From: Phoronis australis
Taxonomy: Eukaryota; Animalia; Phoronida
Direction: 5' to 3'
Assembly: GCA_002633005.1 (NCBI GenBank)
Contig: NMRA01000108.1
Span: forward strand, 601,006 to 665,005
Length of the DNA: 64,000 nt
A program made the position numbers and the translations under genes. The first letter of the stretch is position 1; every line of letters starts with the position of its first letter. This document shows, one piece after another, positions 25,601 to 36,063 of the stretch. The notes under the pieces were generated by a model that ran no database searches, was not told the DNA's origin, and saw only the letters and a program-made list of their open reading frames with translations.

Positions 25601-28600
25601 TAATCGTTTCTGCTGACAAATGTAAAATCAAAAAATGACTATTGTCATTGAATTATACGCAGTAAATGTTAAGATTGAACTCATACTAGTTGTGCTTATG
25701 AGTTGGGCACAATCAATATGACTTACGAAAAGATGCTATAGCCAAACAAGTCAGAAACAAACAGATCACATAGACACTAAATAAACTTATTTTTAATGTA
25801 TAAACTTGGGTGATTTCATTGACAGTGCTGTGGATGTTTTTCAAATGCATCGTGGGACGGTGACATCACTTGCATTTAAAACACGGAAACAACACTGTCA
25901 CTTGAGCGCAACAGGATTGAAAGTATGACTGTGTCCTCTGCAACATGCTTTTTGGTGCGAGTACGACTAAGAAAGTCGTCGTACAAAAATACAAGAGCAA
26001 AAGGGAGCCTCAAAATGCAATGAATATTTAGCAAATCTTTTTTGCGGAAGATTCTCCAGACAAGTGTCGCCAGGTCACACTGCAGTTAAATCTTATCACC
26101 TATAAGTCAACTCAGTCAGATTGCATGTCACCAAGTTACCTGCGATGTCACCGCGTGTTTACGAGATGACAATACTCCCACAGTGCATTTGAAAAATGAT
26201 ATCAGTGTTGTGGATGAAACCCTCAAATTCATACACAATTTTTATGCCAGTTTATATTTTAAGTTTCATTACCACACTAGTACCAATCTAACACGGGATT
26301 TGCTCAATTGTAAAAGAATATCATCAATTATTAAATCTGCAAAAATCAACCAGGGGTTTCCAAAACGTAAGAATATAAAACAGAAGCAGAAACTCAATCA
26401 AAGAATTTATAGGTAAACATATTATTTTGCAACGGATAGGATAAATATTTTATGGTTTATACTCCAGCACTCAAAATATGAAATAGATAAAGGAGGAAAT
26501 AGTGAAGAAGAGGGGTTGTCAGCTGTTGACCTACCTGCATCTTGAAGACGGCAAAATGGGTGGAATGGAATAGAAATACAACACACCTAGTTAACTCCGA
26601 TAGTTTTGATGGGGAAAGGCAAGGCAAAGGTTATGTAGTTTAAACATTACGACAGAAGTGAAATTATATCTTCGATGCCGAATTTCACAACATAAAACCA
26701 AGAAAAACTTATTCATATACCGGTAGCTGTTCAAATGTTTGAAGCATAATTACTGTAGTATTTGGAAAAAGCACCATGTCAATTATGCGTATCTGAAACT
26801 GTTATTCTTTACTGTTCAAAAGGTCAAATGTACTTAAAGCCTTCCTCAAACCGATTCCCAATGTATTGCACTGCCCAGACAGTCCTATCACATCTAAACG
26901 CAACACACCGCAACGAGATTTAAACAAGAAAATGCAGGCACATTAAATGATGTGTGAAGTGGCTGTCACCATGACAACAGCCAACCACAGCATGGACATT
27001 CGCCAGTACCTGCTATAGAAGTATGTATCTGCAGTGAGTACCCGAGTACATTGAATAGAACACCATTGGAGTGGGTGTTGTTCATAACTGTCTGAATTAT
27101 CCAAGGATTGTTGTGGTGACCAAAATTACATTTGCCTTCAATGTAGTCAGAGCGATGCTTTAAACATGTTGTAGGAACTAAATTGGATGTGCTAATATTC
27201 AGAGTGTGCTTTAAAGATGTATTTTTATGCTCCTAACTATACTAATGTATAGCAGGAACTAAAATGCAATGCTACTTGAACATCACCTAAACAAAGTGCA
27301 GTTGTATTCAATGACAACTTGTAAATATGAAAACAAAAAATTCTGCAAATAGGTGATCTTTGCACTAATGACGTACCTCACAGGCTCATATACCCCGCAT
27401 CATGCACTGTTATTCCCCAGCACCATGTCACGATACTTACTGGACGTGTTTCAGTGATTTACAGCGGATCATTTCGACACAAAACTCGTTCTTAAAAACA
27501 TTTGGCAATTTTCAACGTACTTCATATTCACATCGTTGCTGTATGTTGTGTTTCTAACTAATTGAACCAAGCAATAACACAGATAAGGTATTAGCGTGCA
27601 AGTTCCACTTTAAATCAAAACAGCTCCTGACCAGTAAAGACTAAAGTTGAGCAAGTGAGATTTCAGAACAAGACTTGGAAAACATGACTTACCCTTAACA
27701 ACATCTACCCTTACCAGAGTGCTACAGAGTGAGATTTTATATTCAAATTGTCACCATGACAACACGATCCTACCGCAGGTTTATTTTGGAATTCTGATCC
27801 TACTACAGAATTACCGGGTATCTTGTAAAAATAGAAACTCCTCGCAACAATTGTACCCAGAGCAGGTTTTTCACAAAAATGTAGCTCTCCGTAGCTAAGG
27901 GCAGCCAATTTCACAATGCCTCTCACTACGCTTACATTGATTTGTAATTACCACAAAAACTTCTTTGCATGGAGCAGTGATAGCAAATGCAGAAAGTAAG
28001 ACATTGGAGATGATTACAGACATCCTTAAAATGTTGTTTATTTTCCTTCGCCATACACTCACCAGGGGCAGGTCCAGGATTTTCATTTAGAGAACGACAG
28101 GAAAAATTGTTATGAAAACTTGAGACTATTACCTGTGGTTCACCCTTTTTCATGTTGAACACCTGAAGAACACCATCTTGGTCACCCACCGAAACCTAAA
28201 ACAAATGAACACAAATAAGTCATACATATTCGGGCACATTATAACGGAAATCTGGAATGCTGAAATAATGATCTCAATACAGTTCTGAATAGTCTCATAT
28301 TAAACAGCGAATGGAACAATACATCAGATAGTGAAGCACTAGCTTCCCTAGTGTTTGGATAGGAAACCAGCCTATTCCCAAACCAGACGGCTGAACAGAA
28401 ACATCAAGTTCTTTAGTTTCAACCTCAGCAAAAAGAGCCAGCTTCTCAAAGTCAAGAAATTACCTTCAATGTTGATATTACTGTAATTATGTAAATCTTA
28501 AATTGGTGAAATATAGATCACAAACATATTTAAGTCTGGTCTGCATGCCACCTATTGGCCACACCACATGATCTAATTAACATAACTCCAAAAAGATTTA

Positions 28601-30874
28601 AGATTTGGATATATAATTACACTCAGATTTCATGGGCGGGATGCCCACTGCTAAGTCTGATTGGATTTCTGTATTTGAGTGGTGGTCCCGATGGTTCAGT
28701 GAATAGAGCGTCTGCATGGATAGCAGAAGGTCAAAAATGCATGACCAAAAACAAAAAGAAGTACTTAACATGGAAGACAGCATTCCCTACCTGCTGGATC
28801 GGATTTTTCTTCCCTGTCTTCGGAAGAAGTCTCATGGTCTTTTGTGAAGTAACACCGACCTAGAGAAAGAACATTGTAAAGTCTCCAAGACGTATTTAAA
28901 ATGAAAGTTTGCAACTTGCAATTAAAAAAGAAAACTGCTTATGAAACGCTGAAGTTTGCAACTTAAATTTTGAATAAAATATTGTTTATGAATAAGTACA
29001 CTTAAGTTTGAGTCTTAAAACTAAAATGAAAGATTACTTATTCGAATAAATACAATATACTTAATCATCTTGGATAAATTTGAAATGAAAATAATAAATA
29101 AGACATTTACTCTCAACTCTTTCCATTTTAAAAAGGAAATTTCCACAAATTCCTTTCTGCGTGTGAAAAGTTTCAGATTTTTATATGCCCGAATTTCCAT
29201 CATTCTTGCTTTGAAAGTATTTTTCATTGCGTTCCAGTCTTATGTTATGATTTTGCTTGAAAATGCATAGCTTTCATGTTCCAAGCAATATGCGAATAAG
29301 ACCGTTGTCTTTTTACAAAAATTTCTTGTGTTTTGAGAGTTAATTTGGCGTAAAACTCAAAATAAGCCAATAATAAAAAAATTCTAACAGCGTTTTTGAG
29401 ACATAGCGTACAATTTTCATTTACAAAAATTTTGGTAAATTTGGTTGCTATCACTGTACCTTTCTTGCACATGAAAATTTGACTTAAAAAACGTGACCAC
29501 GTGATAATAATAAAGACACAGTAATAAGAAGCATATCTTAGAATCCTCGATCTTTCTCCTGGCAGAAAGTAATTATACACTCTTAATGGTTGAGGTTATT
29601 TATCAAGGTTCTAGATAACCCTAACTAACTTTTGAAAAAACAAGAAAAGAACCTTCTTGACAGAATGCGCAAAAATGCAATCCTCAAGATTTCTGCGCAA
29701 GAAAATTTTGCACTGAAACGTGAACACTGGAGGATGTGCAGAAATTTCAGCACAGAAAATTCTGCACTCGAGGATATGCGCGAATTGTTATGCAGAAATT
29801 TTGGCAATTGTTTACAACATGACAACATTGACTTTGGTACCGGTCAATTCCTTGCAATGTTATCTTTCCAAAAATACATGAAAATGTCACCTAACCTGTT
29901 CCCTTAGTATTTTATCATCAAATTTATGCTTGCACTCTATGCCAGTTGTGACATCGCCGTGTTGCATGGAAAGAGTCATCTGGCAGCCAAAAACTGAACT
30001 AATCTACCGATACCCATATTCTGCAGAGCATTACTCTTCATTTATAAGTTCAAACTGACCAAGACCCATCAATCCCCTGCACAAACTATGGTCCCAAGAG
30101 TTCGAATTCCTATTATGACCCTGGTACTCCCTAACAAGAATCTGTAAAAGGGGGTTGTTTTTAGGATCCAAATTTCTGAATAGGTATTCACGTCAGAAAA
30201 TTTCATGGAAAAGTGGTCAAATGATCACAATTCTAAACATTTTTGAAAATGGTGAAGTGCTGCCCCTTGCTGATATAACATGGACCATGTTATCTCAGGA
30301 AAACTTTAGGGGAAATCTCGCAGGCATTCGTAATTGATGATGCCGTTTCATTCATTAGTTACAGTTGTCGCTGTAACCTCGAGTTGAGCAAACATGGCGA
30401 TGCCAACCGAGAAATAGCGCGAAAAATGAGAATTACAGGTAGAATCAAATGATACCAAAGCCATAGGGGTGTAGGTCAATGTTGTCATATTGTGATCAAT
30501 CACTGAAATTTCTGCAGTGGATGTACAGAAATTTCTGCAGTGAGAGAAGTGCAAAAATTTCGGGATAAAAAAGGAGTAAACAGGTCTTTCTTGAAAATGG
30601 CTGCCAAGAACCAGTTTTCAGTGAGTAACGGCAATGTCCGTTATTCAGTATAAACTGATTTACAATAGCCATTTTGAAGGGGGGCCCGGTTACTCCAATT
30701 TACCAATTTCTGCAGTGGAAGATGCGCATAACTTTCTACACATGATAATTCAAAAAAATGAACTGCAAGACAATATTCAATTTTTAAGCAAACATGATTA
30801 AAATATAGATTCAGGACAAAATCAATCAACCATACCTGGCAATAGTCGACTCGAGTGAGATTAAGTTCCATCAT
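1508..30874 (-). CDS. BBS7: Bardet-Biedl syndrome 7 protein (BBSome subunit), whole gene; 17 coding exons, 2154-nt CDS / 717 aa using exon 10C (719 aa with 10A or 10B)
   Basis: Spliced translation is collinear with human BBS7 from [21 protein letters not shown] to [23 protein letters not shown]. Exons: 30836-30874, 28791-28859, 28133-28195, 21546-21721, 20618-20804, 18294-18433, 17273-17322, 16516-16646, 15459-15543, [13187-13295 | 12334-12442 | 11025-11127], 7006-7198, 5969-6246, 4835-4999, 3974-4083, 3189-3292, 2423-2546, 1508-1644. All introns are GT-AG, phases match, and there are no internal stops. Confidence 0.97.
1998..2358. mobile_element. MITE with TA-CCGTA terminus (Tc1/mariner-pogo-like)
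   Basis: TACCGTATTCTCCCTAATAACCACCCA ... TGGGTGGTTATTAGGG inverted ends, internal TAAGCGCC repeats; right tip decayed. Confidence 0.65.
2423..2546 (-). CDS. BBS7: BBS7 exon 16 (ELSVHESD...[11 protein letters not shown])
   Basis: ctttag|...|gtacta, 124 nt, phase 0-1. Confidence 0.95.
3189..3292 (-). CDS. BBS7: BBS7 exon 15 ([35 protein letters not shown])
   Basis: tgacag|...|gtaacg, 104 nt, phase 1-0. Confidence 0.95.
3974..4083 (-). CDS. BBS7: BBS7 exon 14 ([36 protein letters not shown])
   Basis: ttgtag|...|gttagt, 110 nt, phase 2-1. Confidence 0.95.
4835..4999 (-). CDS. BBS7: BBS7 exon 13 ([19 protein letters not shown]...LSCIY)
   Basis: tttcag|...|gtgagt, 165 nt, phase 2-2. Confidence 0.95.
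5969..6246 (-). CDS. BBS7: BBS7 exon 12 ([17 protein letters not shown]...[10 protein letters not shown])
   Basis: ttaaag|...|gtaaag, 278 nt, phase 0-2. Confidence 0.95.
6447..6592. mobile_element. Palindromic MITE; partial second copy at about 35830-35924
   Basis: CGTTCAGTAACGCTAGGACCT ... AGGTCCTAGTGTCTACTGAACG inverted ends; shares GAGATATTGC..TTTTAAATGAG core with 35830-35924. Confidence 0.65.
6666..6757. repeat. 47-bp tandem duplication
   Basis: ACGACATGTGCAGGCATGTGAACGGGC.ATACCTACAACACATGC at 6666 and 6713. Confidence 0.9.
7006..7198 (-). CDS. BBS7: BBS7 exon 11 ([10 protein letters not shown]...IDNVLLQ)
   Basis: atttag|...|gtgagc, 193 nt, phase 2-0. Confidence 0.95.
7808..8287. mobile_element. 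Non-autonomous TTAA-flanked DNA element (Kolobok-like)
   Basis: TTAA-GGTTATGAGGACTCCA ... TGGGGTCCTACAAAACC-TTAA imperfect TIRs. Confidence 0.65.
8538..10623. mobile_element. Helentron/HINE-like non-autonomous element with internal modular repeats
   Basis: Starts AAACAAGAG; repeated AAAATGGCCACTAG / AAATTTCATGAA / GAGATACAG modules; CAGA microsatellite; terminal hairpin ATGCATCCACGTTTACGCGGGCGCAT followed by A-run; related copy at 45100-46668. Confidence 0.55.
11025..11127 (-). CDS. BBS7: BBS7 exon 10C, ancestral-like ([35 protein letters not shown])
   Basis: ttttag|GG...AA|gtaagt, 103 nt, phase 1-2; close to human [35 protein letters not shown]. Confidence 0.95.
12334..12442 (-). CDS. BBS7: BBS7 alternative exon 10B ([37 protein letters not shown])
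   Basis: tgatag|GG...AG|gtatcc, 109 nt, phase 1-2, open frame, retains TTEP motif. Confidence 0.75.
13187..13295 (-). CDS. BBS7: BBS7 alternative exon 10A ([37 protein letters not shown])
   Basis: gtatag|GC...AG|gtaaag, 109 nt, phase 1-2, open frame, homologous to 10C at both ends. Confidence 0.75.
13346..14767. mobile_element. 1.4-kb non-autonomous Kolobok-like DNA transposon
   Basis: TTAA-GGTTATCTCCAACCTTATT ... AATAAGGTTGGAGATGACC-TTAA; near-perfect TIR with TTAA TSD; related right-end fragment at about 29370-29625. Confidence 0.8.
15459..15543 (-). CDS. BBS7: BBS7 exon 9 ([28 protein letters not shown])
   Basis: ttgcag|...|gtagat, 85 nt, phase 0-1. Confidence 0.95.
16516..16646 (-). 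CDS. BBS7: BBS7 exon 8 ([25 protein letters not shown]...RYSN)
   Basis: gttgtag|...|gtaagt, 131 nt, phase 1-0. Confidence 0.95.
17273..17322 (-). CDS. BBS7: BBS7 exon 7 ([16 protein letters not shown])
   Basis: tttgtag|...|gtaggc, 50 nt, phase 2-1. Confidence 0.92.
18294..18433 (-). CDS. BBS7: BBS7 exon 6 ([14 protein letters not shown]...[13 protein letters not shown])
   Basis: ttcccag|...|gtgaga, 140 nt, phase 0-2. Confidence 0.95.
18951..19284. mobile_element. TTAAAG-type MITE (family also at about 22944-23353 and 24023-24532)
   Basis: TTAAAGCAGCTAT ... ATAACTGCTTTAA ends; shared internal GC.CGAGAC..GA.T.TACAAG and AAGTGG.CC..A motifs among copies. Confidence 0.6.
20618..20804 (-). CDS. 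BBS7: BBS7 exon 5 (QVEGADL...DRVLRVLQ)
   Basis: acccag|...|gtatat, 187 nt, phase 2-0. Confidence 0.95.
21546..21721 (-). CDS. BBS7: BBS7 exon 4 (HSFKTLPG...TESIRSM)
   Basis: tttcag|...|gtgagt, 176 nt, phase 0-2. Confidence 0.95.
24163..24366. repeat. 50-bp minisatellite x4 (3 more units at 25234-25379)
   Basis: GAGACAAGACTCTACAAGTTAAACAGTCATGACGTGTTGTTTTATTGCAT at 24171, 24221, 24271, 24321. Confidence 0.95.
24221..26240. repeat. About 1-kb near-identical tandem duplication joined at a single N (25233)
   Basis: 24221-25232 is repeated at 25234-26240 with scattered SNPs and one small indel. Confidence 0.9.
28133..28195 (-). CDS. BBS7: BBS7 exon 3 ([21 protein letters not shown])
   Basis: tttag|...|gtaata, 63 nt, phase 0-0. 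Confidence 0.93.
28685..28732 (+). mobile_element. tRNA-derived SINE head fragment
   Basis: GTCCCGATGGTTCAGTGAATAGAGCGTCTGC resembles a tRNA 5' half/A-box; no B-box or 3' half. Confidence 0.35.
28791..28859 (-). CDS. BBS7: BBS7 exon 2 ([23 protein letters not shown])
   Basis: tctctag| acceptor, |gtaggg donor, 69 nt, phase 0-0. Confidence 0.93.
30836..30874 (-). CDS. BBS7: BBS7 coding exon 1 ([13 protein letters not shown])
   Basis: AAAATGATG start, donor CAG|GTATGG; resembles human MDLILNRMDYLQ. Confidence 0.93.
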
Positions 30875-31260
30875 TTTGAGGCCGTTTCAGATTTTACTTT
30901 ACAGACGGTTACTTTGAACGGACGATGACTGTAGGATTACCAAACCTGATGTTCACCTAGACAGCCCAACGTTAGACGAAAATATTGGAAAGACTTCAGT
31001 TCTCGTAACTGGAAATAAAACCTTTGGTTTGCCTTGTTCCTTGGTCTTGCCTTTGGAGGCGTTTTGGCAGCCTAGCCCGAGTGGGGAAATAACTGGATTT
31101 CGAGCCGTTATTCAATTACAGCGTAACAAACAAAACTTCTCATAAAAATCTCTTAAAATTAACGTCATTGTAAACAAACTGTAGTAAAACAGTAAAGCTC
31201 AAGATAATTTCCATAGAATAGACTGCCAAATCCTTAATTTTGAAACACAATTTGATATTC

Positions 31261-31304
31261 GTCGCTGCAGCAACAACGCCATCGAAAAAATGTCACCCGG
31301 AAGT
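31261..31304 (-). promoter_or_regulatory. Putative BBS7 core promoter: X-box (RFX) GTCGCT-GC-AGCAAC, ATGGCG (YY1-like) and ETS CCGGAAGT
   Basis: Motifs cluster about 0.4 kb upstream of the ATG; the X-box fits GTNRCN-N(0-3)-RGYAAC; BBS genes are established RFX targets. Confidence 0.5.
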
Positions 31305-32154
31305 ATTCACAGGTCCGCACAAAATTTATTTGCGCGGCCTCTATTGATTACACAGAATAACAGAACTATCATGTTCGCAGGAGGTGACCTGCCTCAGTCA
31401 CACAGCAGACCGACAACCAGCGTGGCCCATCGCCAAAGCGCGATACACTGTGTAGGAAAAAAATGATGCTGTTTATAAAATTTTGAGATAAAACGAACTA
31501 CATGATTGTTTGGCTAGTAACATCATCGTGACGGCGCAATAGAATCTTGGGCAAAGGCGCCTGATTGGCCCAGGAAGCCAGTCAGCATGCCAAGTCATTT
31601 CACTTCGTTTTTATTTTTCACTTTGTGGAAATGTCTGTGAGTGACATGGACTTTTAATTAAGACCATGACTGTGAAAAGTTGCAGGCGTATACTTTGTGG
31701 GATTAGGGCTATTGTCGTCGGACGTTGAGAGACTCTTCCCTGCACGGGATAGCGTCGTTCAAGTTGGCCGACACTAAAAAACAACTGGAAGAAAAGTCTT
31801 GGATTTGTCATGGCCACGTGAGGGCTAGGACATTAAAAACACTTCAGTGATCGAATAACTACCGCATCATATCATCAATCTACACTGCCAATTTGAACCC
31901 AAAACGTTCGGTGAACTCTCTAAAATAGCACCCTTGATGAGTTCCTGAAAAAGTCTATGGCAACGCCCCTGCTGAACCTGACAAATTCTGCACCGTTTCG
32001 ATAATTAATTGCATGGATTATTCCAACTGCGTCAGAGCCAAGCACTTAACAAAATTGGGCGCGCCGTCTGCCCTCTGCAAATGTCACAGACTTCTAGGCC
32101 TATGGCACAATATATCGCTGCGTGACAGTAAATCACATAGACTTACATGAAGTT

Positions 32155-32247
32155 GCGAACAAGATGTAGAGACATGCGAACAAGATGTAGAGACATGCGG
32201 ACAAGATGTAGAGACATGCGGACAAGATGTAGAGACATGCCAACAAG
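32155..32247. repeat. 21-bp minisatellite x4.4
   Basis: GCGRACAAGATGTAGAGACAT at 32155, 32176, 32197, 32218. Confidence 0.95.
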
Positions 32248-35200
32248 TGAGTTGCTCTTTACCTTTTATATGTTCTCATTTTTAAAGGCTTTCTTTGTTT
32301 TGAACACATAAGTTTTGAGTTACATCAACAAATTGCTGAAACATTTTGTTTAAATGCAACAATCTCTGAATGTTTAAAAGTGCAGTAGAAAAATGAAGCT
32401 CGGTGACATTCAATTTAGGTGACCTATTTGTGGTACACTATCTGAACTCCCGGTAACAATAATAAAAGTAAAAATTCATTCTTAATTTGTGTTCACTGAA
32501 ATTAAAAAATGACGATAGCATGTTGTAAGAGTATCAGAATTGGGAAACACTTTTGCATATTGTGTCAAAATTTGGTTAATTATTTTTTTTAATTAGACCA
32601 AGCCGAATGACTATTTTTTAGGTTCATGGGTCACTTTTATTCGCTGTCGGTGCACAAACACCTGCTATTAAATCCCCGAGTGCTCTCTGTCCCGAGTGCT
32701 TTCCGCAGTAGATGCATGTTAAAAACAACAAAACCATTATGTTACCAATTCGTCGGACTAATTACAACCTATTTAGATCATCAATAATAACTAGTGCCGC
32801 GTCAGCATTACAAAAACTTTGACATTGCTTCGGTGTTCCAGTACAAATTAAGCTGATGCAAGCACGGATTGGGAAACTGAAAACCATCTTTGGCTGACCG
32901 ATTTTACACGACGTTACAGCTGATGTATTCACGAATCAAAAATCTGCAACGGTAACACACGATACGAAGTAAACTTCGGATGAGTTTATTAAAAGTGCTT
33001 AGTAGCTGTGACTGACGTAAGAGGAAATAATGTCATTTTTGAGTGTTTTTGTCAAATCAACGATGATAAATCACACTTGCAACTTCACCTCATATTCGTG
33101 CCACAACACGGATTGTGTCCCGTCATGTCAAATCATTGTCACCCAGGCCTACGTGTTAGTGCGAAGCTCATAGGCTTCAGTGTCAATGCGAAACAGATTT
33201 TTGAGGTGTTGAATAACAGGTTTCAGAGTGCCGGAAATCCGGCAGCTCATTACCACAATGTCTACAAAATGTAGACTCGTAATAATGTATTCTAAAAACA
33301 AGTTTTCAAAACCATATACACTTTATATTCAACGACAAAATTGAAATACTATTAGCACTGAGATAAAAATTATAAAACAATGATTAAGATCCATCAGGCA
33401 GTGAACTAGAAAAATGAAATGTTACTTTTTTTCAAAACGTTTTCTGGTATTGATTTCCTTGGTGGCAACAAGAATCGTGCAAATTTGTAAAAGAATCAAT
33501 TGGAAACACAAAACCCCTTTAACGTTCCAGTTGCTTAAATGTTTTGTGAGTATAGAACAGGAGGCTGTGTTTTGCAAAAAGAAATATTGTCTTTGGTACA
33601 TAGATCTCATAAATTTTCAATACGGATACATGCATATATATTTAAGAACAGCCAGTTAACACAAGGTAGTTTTACTGGAACTCCAAAGAAAAGGTAATAT
33701 GATGTAGAACAGTGAACGGATGGACTTAGCCTTTTTGAATATTAGTCTTGTCGGAAAATTATATTTCTTTTCGAGTGAAATTTTTTAAACCATAAAAGAC
33801 TAACAAAACTGTTTTTCTTGACGTTTGGAAATTTGTTATGATGTTATATAGCCTGCCTGCACGAGCTCATGCAGGTATGCAAAACATGGCGAACACGAGA
33901 CCAAACGAAGGTATCTGCAACAAGAAACAATCAATCAAGTACAATGCACGAGTTTTATTTCCTGAAAGATTTATCACAGGTGGTCATATATCACAGTAAA
34001 AACGCCAACCTCGGATGCCAGGTATGTATCGACTAATTAGCAAACGGTGGCGTTCACTAGTTATCTCAGTCATCACGTTTATTGATCGCTTCTCGAACAC
34101 AAGCACTCGTGCGACGGATCAACAGTCTGCCTTATCACAAAGTATTGGCAGAAACACATTTGACTACCTGAGTACACCTCGAGAGCGTCTTTAGGATTGC
34201 CTTTGGTGTTGGACTTTCTCCAGAATCTTCATTAGCAATGTCGTCGTCCACGAAGTCACGTGAATATCGGCGTCATCGAAGTCTGCCACAAGAAAATAAT
34301 CAGTAGAACTGATCACATGACGGTCGGTCACTTGCACGTGAAGACGAACCGTCGCCAATGATGTGAGCAAGCTGTTATATATACATAATCCGACACTTAT
34401 GTTGATCAGATATGTTACGCCTTCGTCAAGGAGCAGTCTCTTAATAGCACCGTGTGATCAGGTAGCGAAAGGTAGGTATGAAAAAATTCAATCGTTTGCC
34501 ACTCAGCTTTGTTACCGTGATACATATGCATATATGGGTGCATCACCGTGCATAGCTGCTAACAGGAGCAACAGAATCCTTGTCAAAAGTAATTCTTGAT
34601 TGCTTTATTCATAATCATCCCGTTAGGTATAGCTGTGATGGGTGTATCGTAGACGTAAGACCATCACTCGCGAGTAAAGCTGTTGTCACGTGCTTCACTT
34701 GTAATTCATGCCAATATCTCGCAAAGACTTGCGTGATCTTGCTTTTCGCGAATGCCTTGCGTTTACGGAGTGCACCTCAGGTATAGGGCAACAACCGTCG
34801 TGTGTATGTCACGTTATACACAACAAATGGCTTCTCATACAGTTGCATCCATAATATGTGACTTTTGGAAAATAGACCGAACACACTTCGCGCGACATTT
34901 CCTATATGTTCCAGTAACCTGACTCAGATTTCAACCTATGGTTGGCTCCCAGATGGTAAGCCTACTGAAGCTAAAATTTTTAACATCATACATGTAGAAG
35001 GGAAACGAGCGTATTGCCCCATTACATTTAGACGGCGAAGCAGTAGGCTATAATATAAAGACCAGCAAATCTCCTCCTATGATGTACATTTTGGCGATAG
35101 CTTTGCATTGTTATGCAAAATCGTTTCGGAATTTCTTAATCTTGCGAAAACAGAAGAAATACCCTGGAATCGCATTTTGAACACAAAGGAGCGTCTTTTT

Positions 35201-35532
35201 GTGAATGTGCTACCGTTACCTTCAAAAACGAGATCTCGCTGTCAACAAGCTTATCATACTTAGGCCTACTATTTAATCGCGTTTGTAGCAAATTTTCACT
35301 GTGCTTCCTGTCATTGCTACATTGATTTTGTTTTGGATAGCGAATAAAATCATTGCATAGCTAGCAACTAAGGGACATGTACACGAAAAAACATTTTCCG
35401 AAAAGATCACTTTGTTGCCGTTTATTTCAATTTCCGTGTTTCATTAACAAACCGGGCATCACGACATCTTTACTGAACTACCCTTCTGAGTTCAGTACCT
35501 CAGTGATGGAAACTTCAACAATACATTGTCTT

Positions 35533-36063
35533 CCTGGGGCCTGCTCCTCTTGGCTTTTTGTCTTTTGATTTTCGGTTAAAAATCAGTCGACGGAAATCAG
35601 ACTGAGGCTGAAAGTCAGAAAAATTGTCTACAACTTGAAGTCAAGAGACAGAAATCCGCCATCTGTTGGAATAGACAGAAGGCAAGATGTTTCGAGAAAC
35701 GCAAAACGCAAAAGTCAATTTTTGGCTATTCGCAGTCAGAATAATTCTTGGCTTTTCTCAAAGTCAAAAGACTTAACCCAGTAGAGTCTTGAGGAAAACA
35801 AAGCCCTGCCTCCTGCCCACCTCGCTACGTGAGATATTGCTGAGTATTTTAAATGAGGGCACGTGACTTTGGCTAGATATTAGCCAGGTCCTCCGGTAGG
35901 TCCTAGCGTTACTGAACGCACGCCTTGTATTTCAGTCAGACTGGCTATCATACGGACAATGTTTTGACTTTCGTCAAACCAGGGGCATGTTTCTCGATGA
36001 CTGATTTGTAGCGGAAAGTCAAAAGACGAAAGCCAATAGACTCTTGGCGAAACAGACCCCAGG
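35533..36063. mobile_element. MITE with a nested fragment of a second MITE
   Basis: CCTGGGGCCTG ... CAGACCCCAGG ends; internal AAAGTCAAAAGAC repeats in both orientations; contains the 6447-type element piece. Confidence 0.5.

Noticed and set aside
28055-28132. Strong alternative donor CTG|GTGAGT downstream of BBS7 exon 3, giving an extended ORF (27932-28189)
   Set aside because: The extension has no BBS7 similarity and ends in the wrong phase for exon 4; the donor lies in a CAGGGGC.G.TCCAGGATTTTC MITE-like end.
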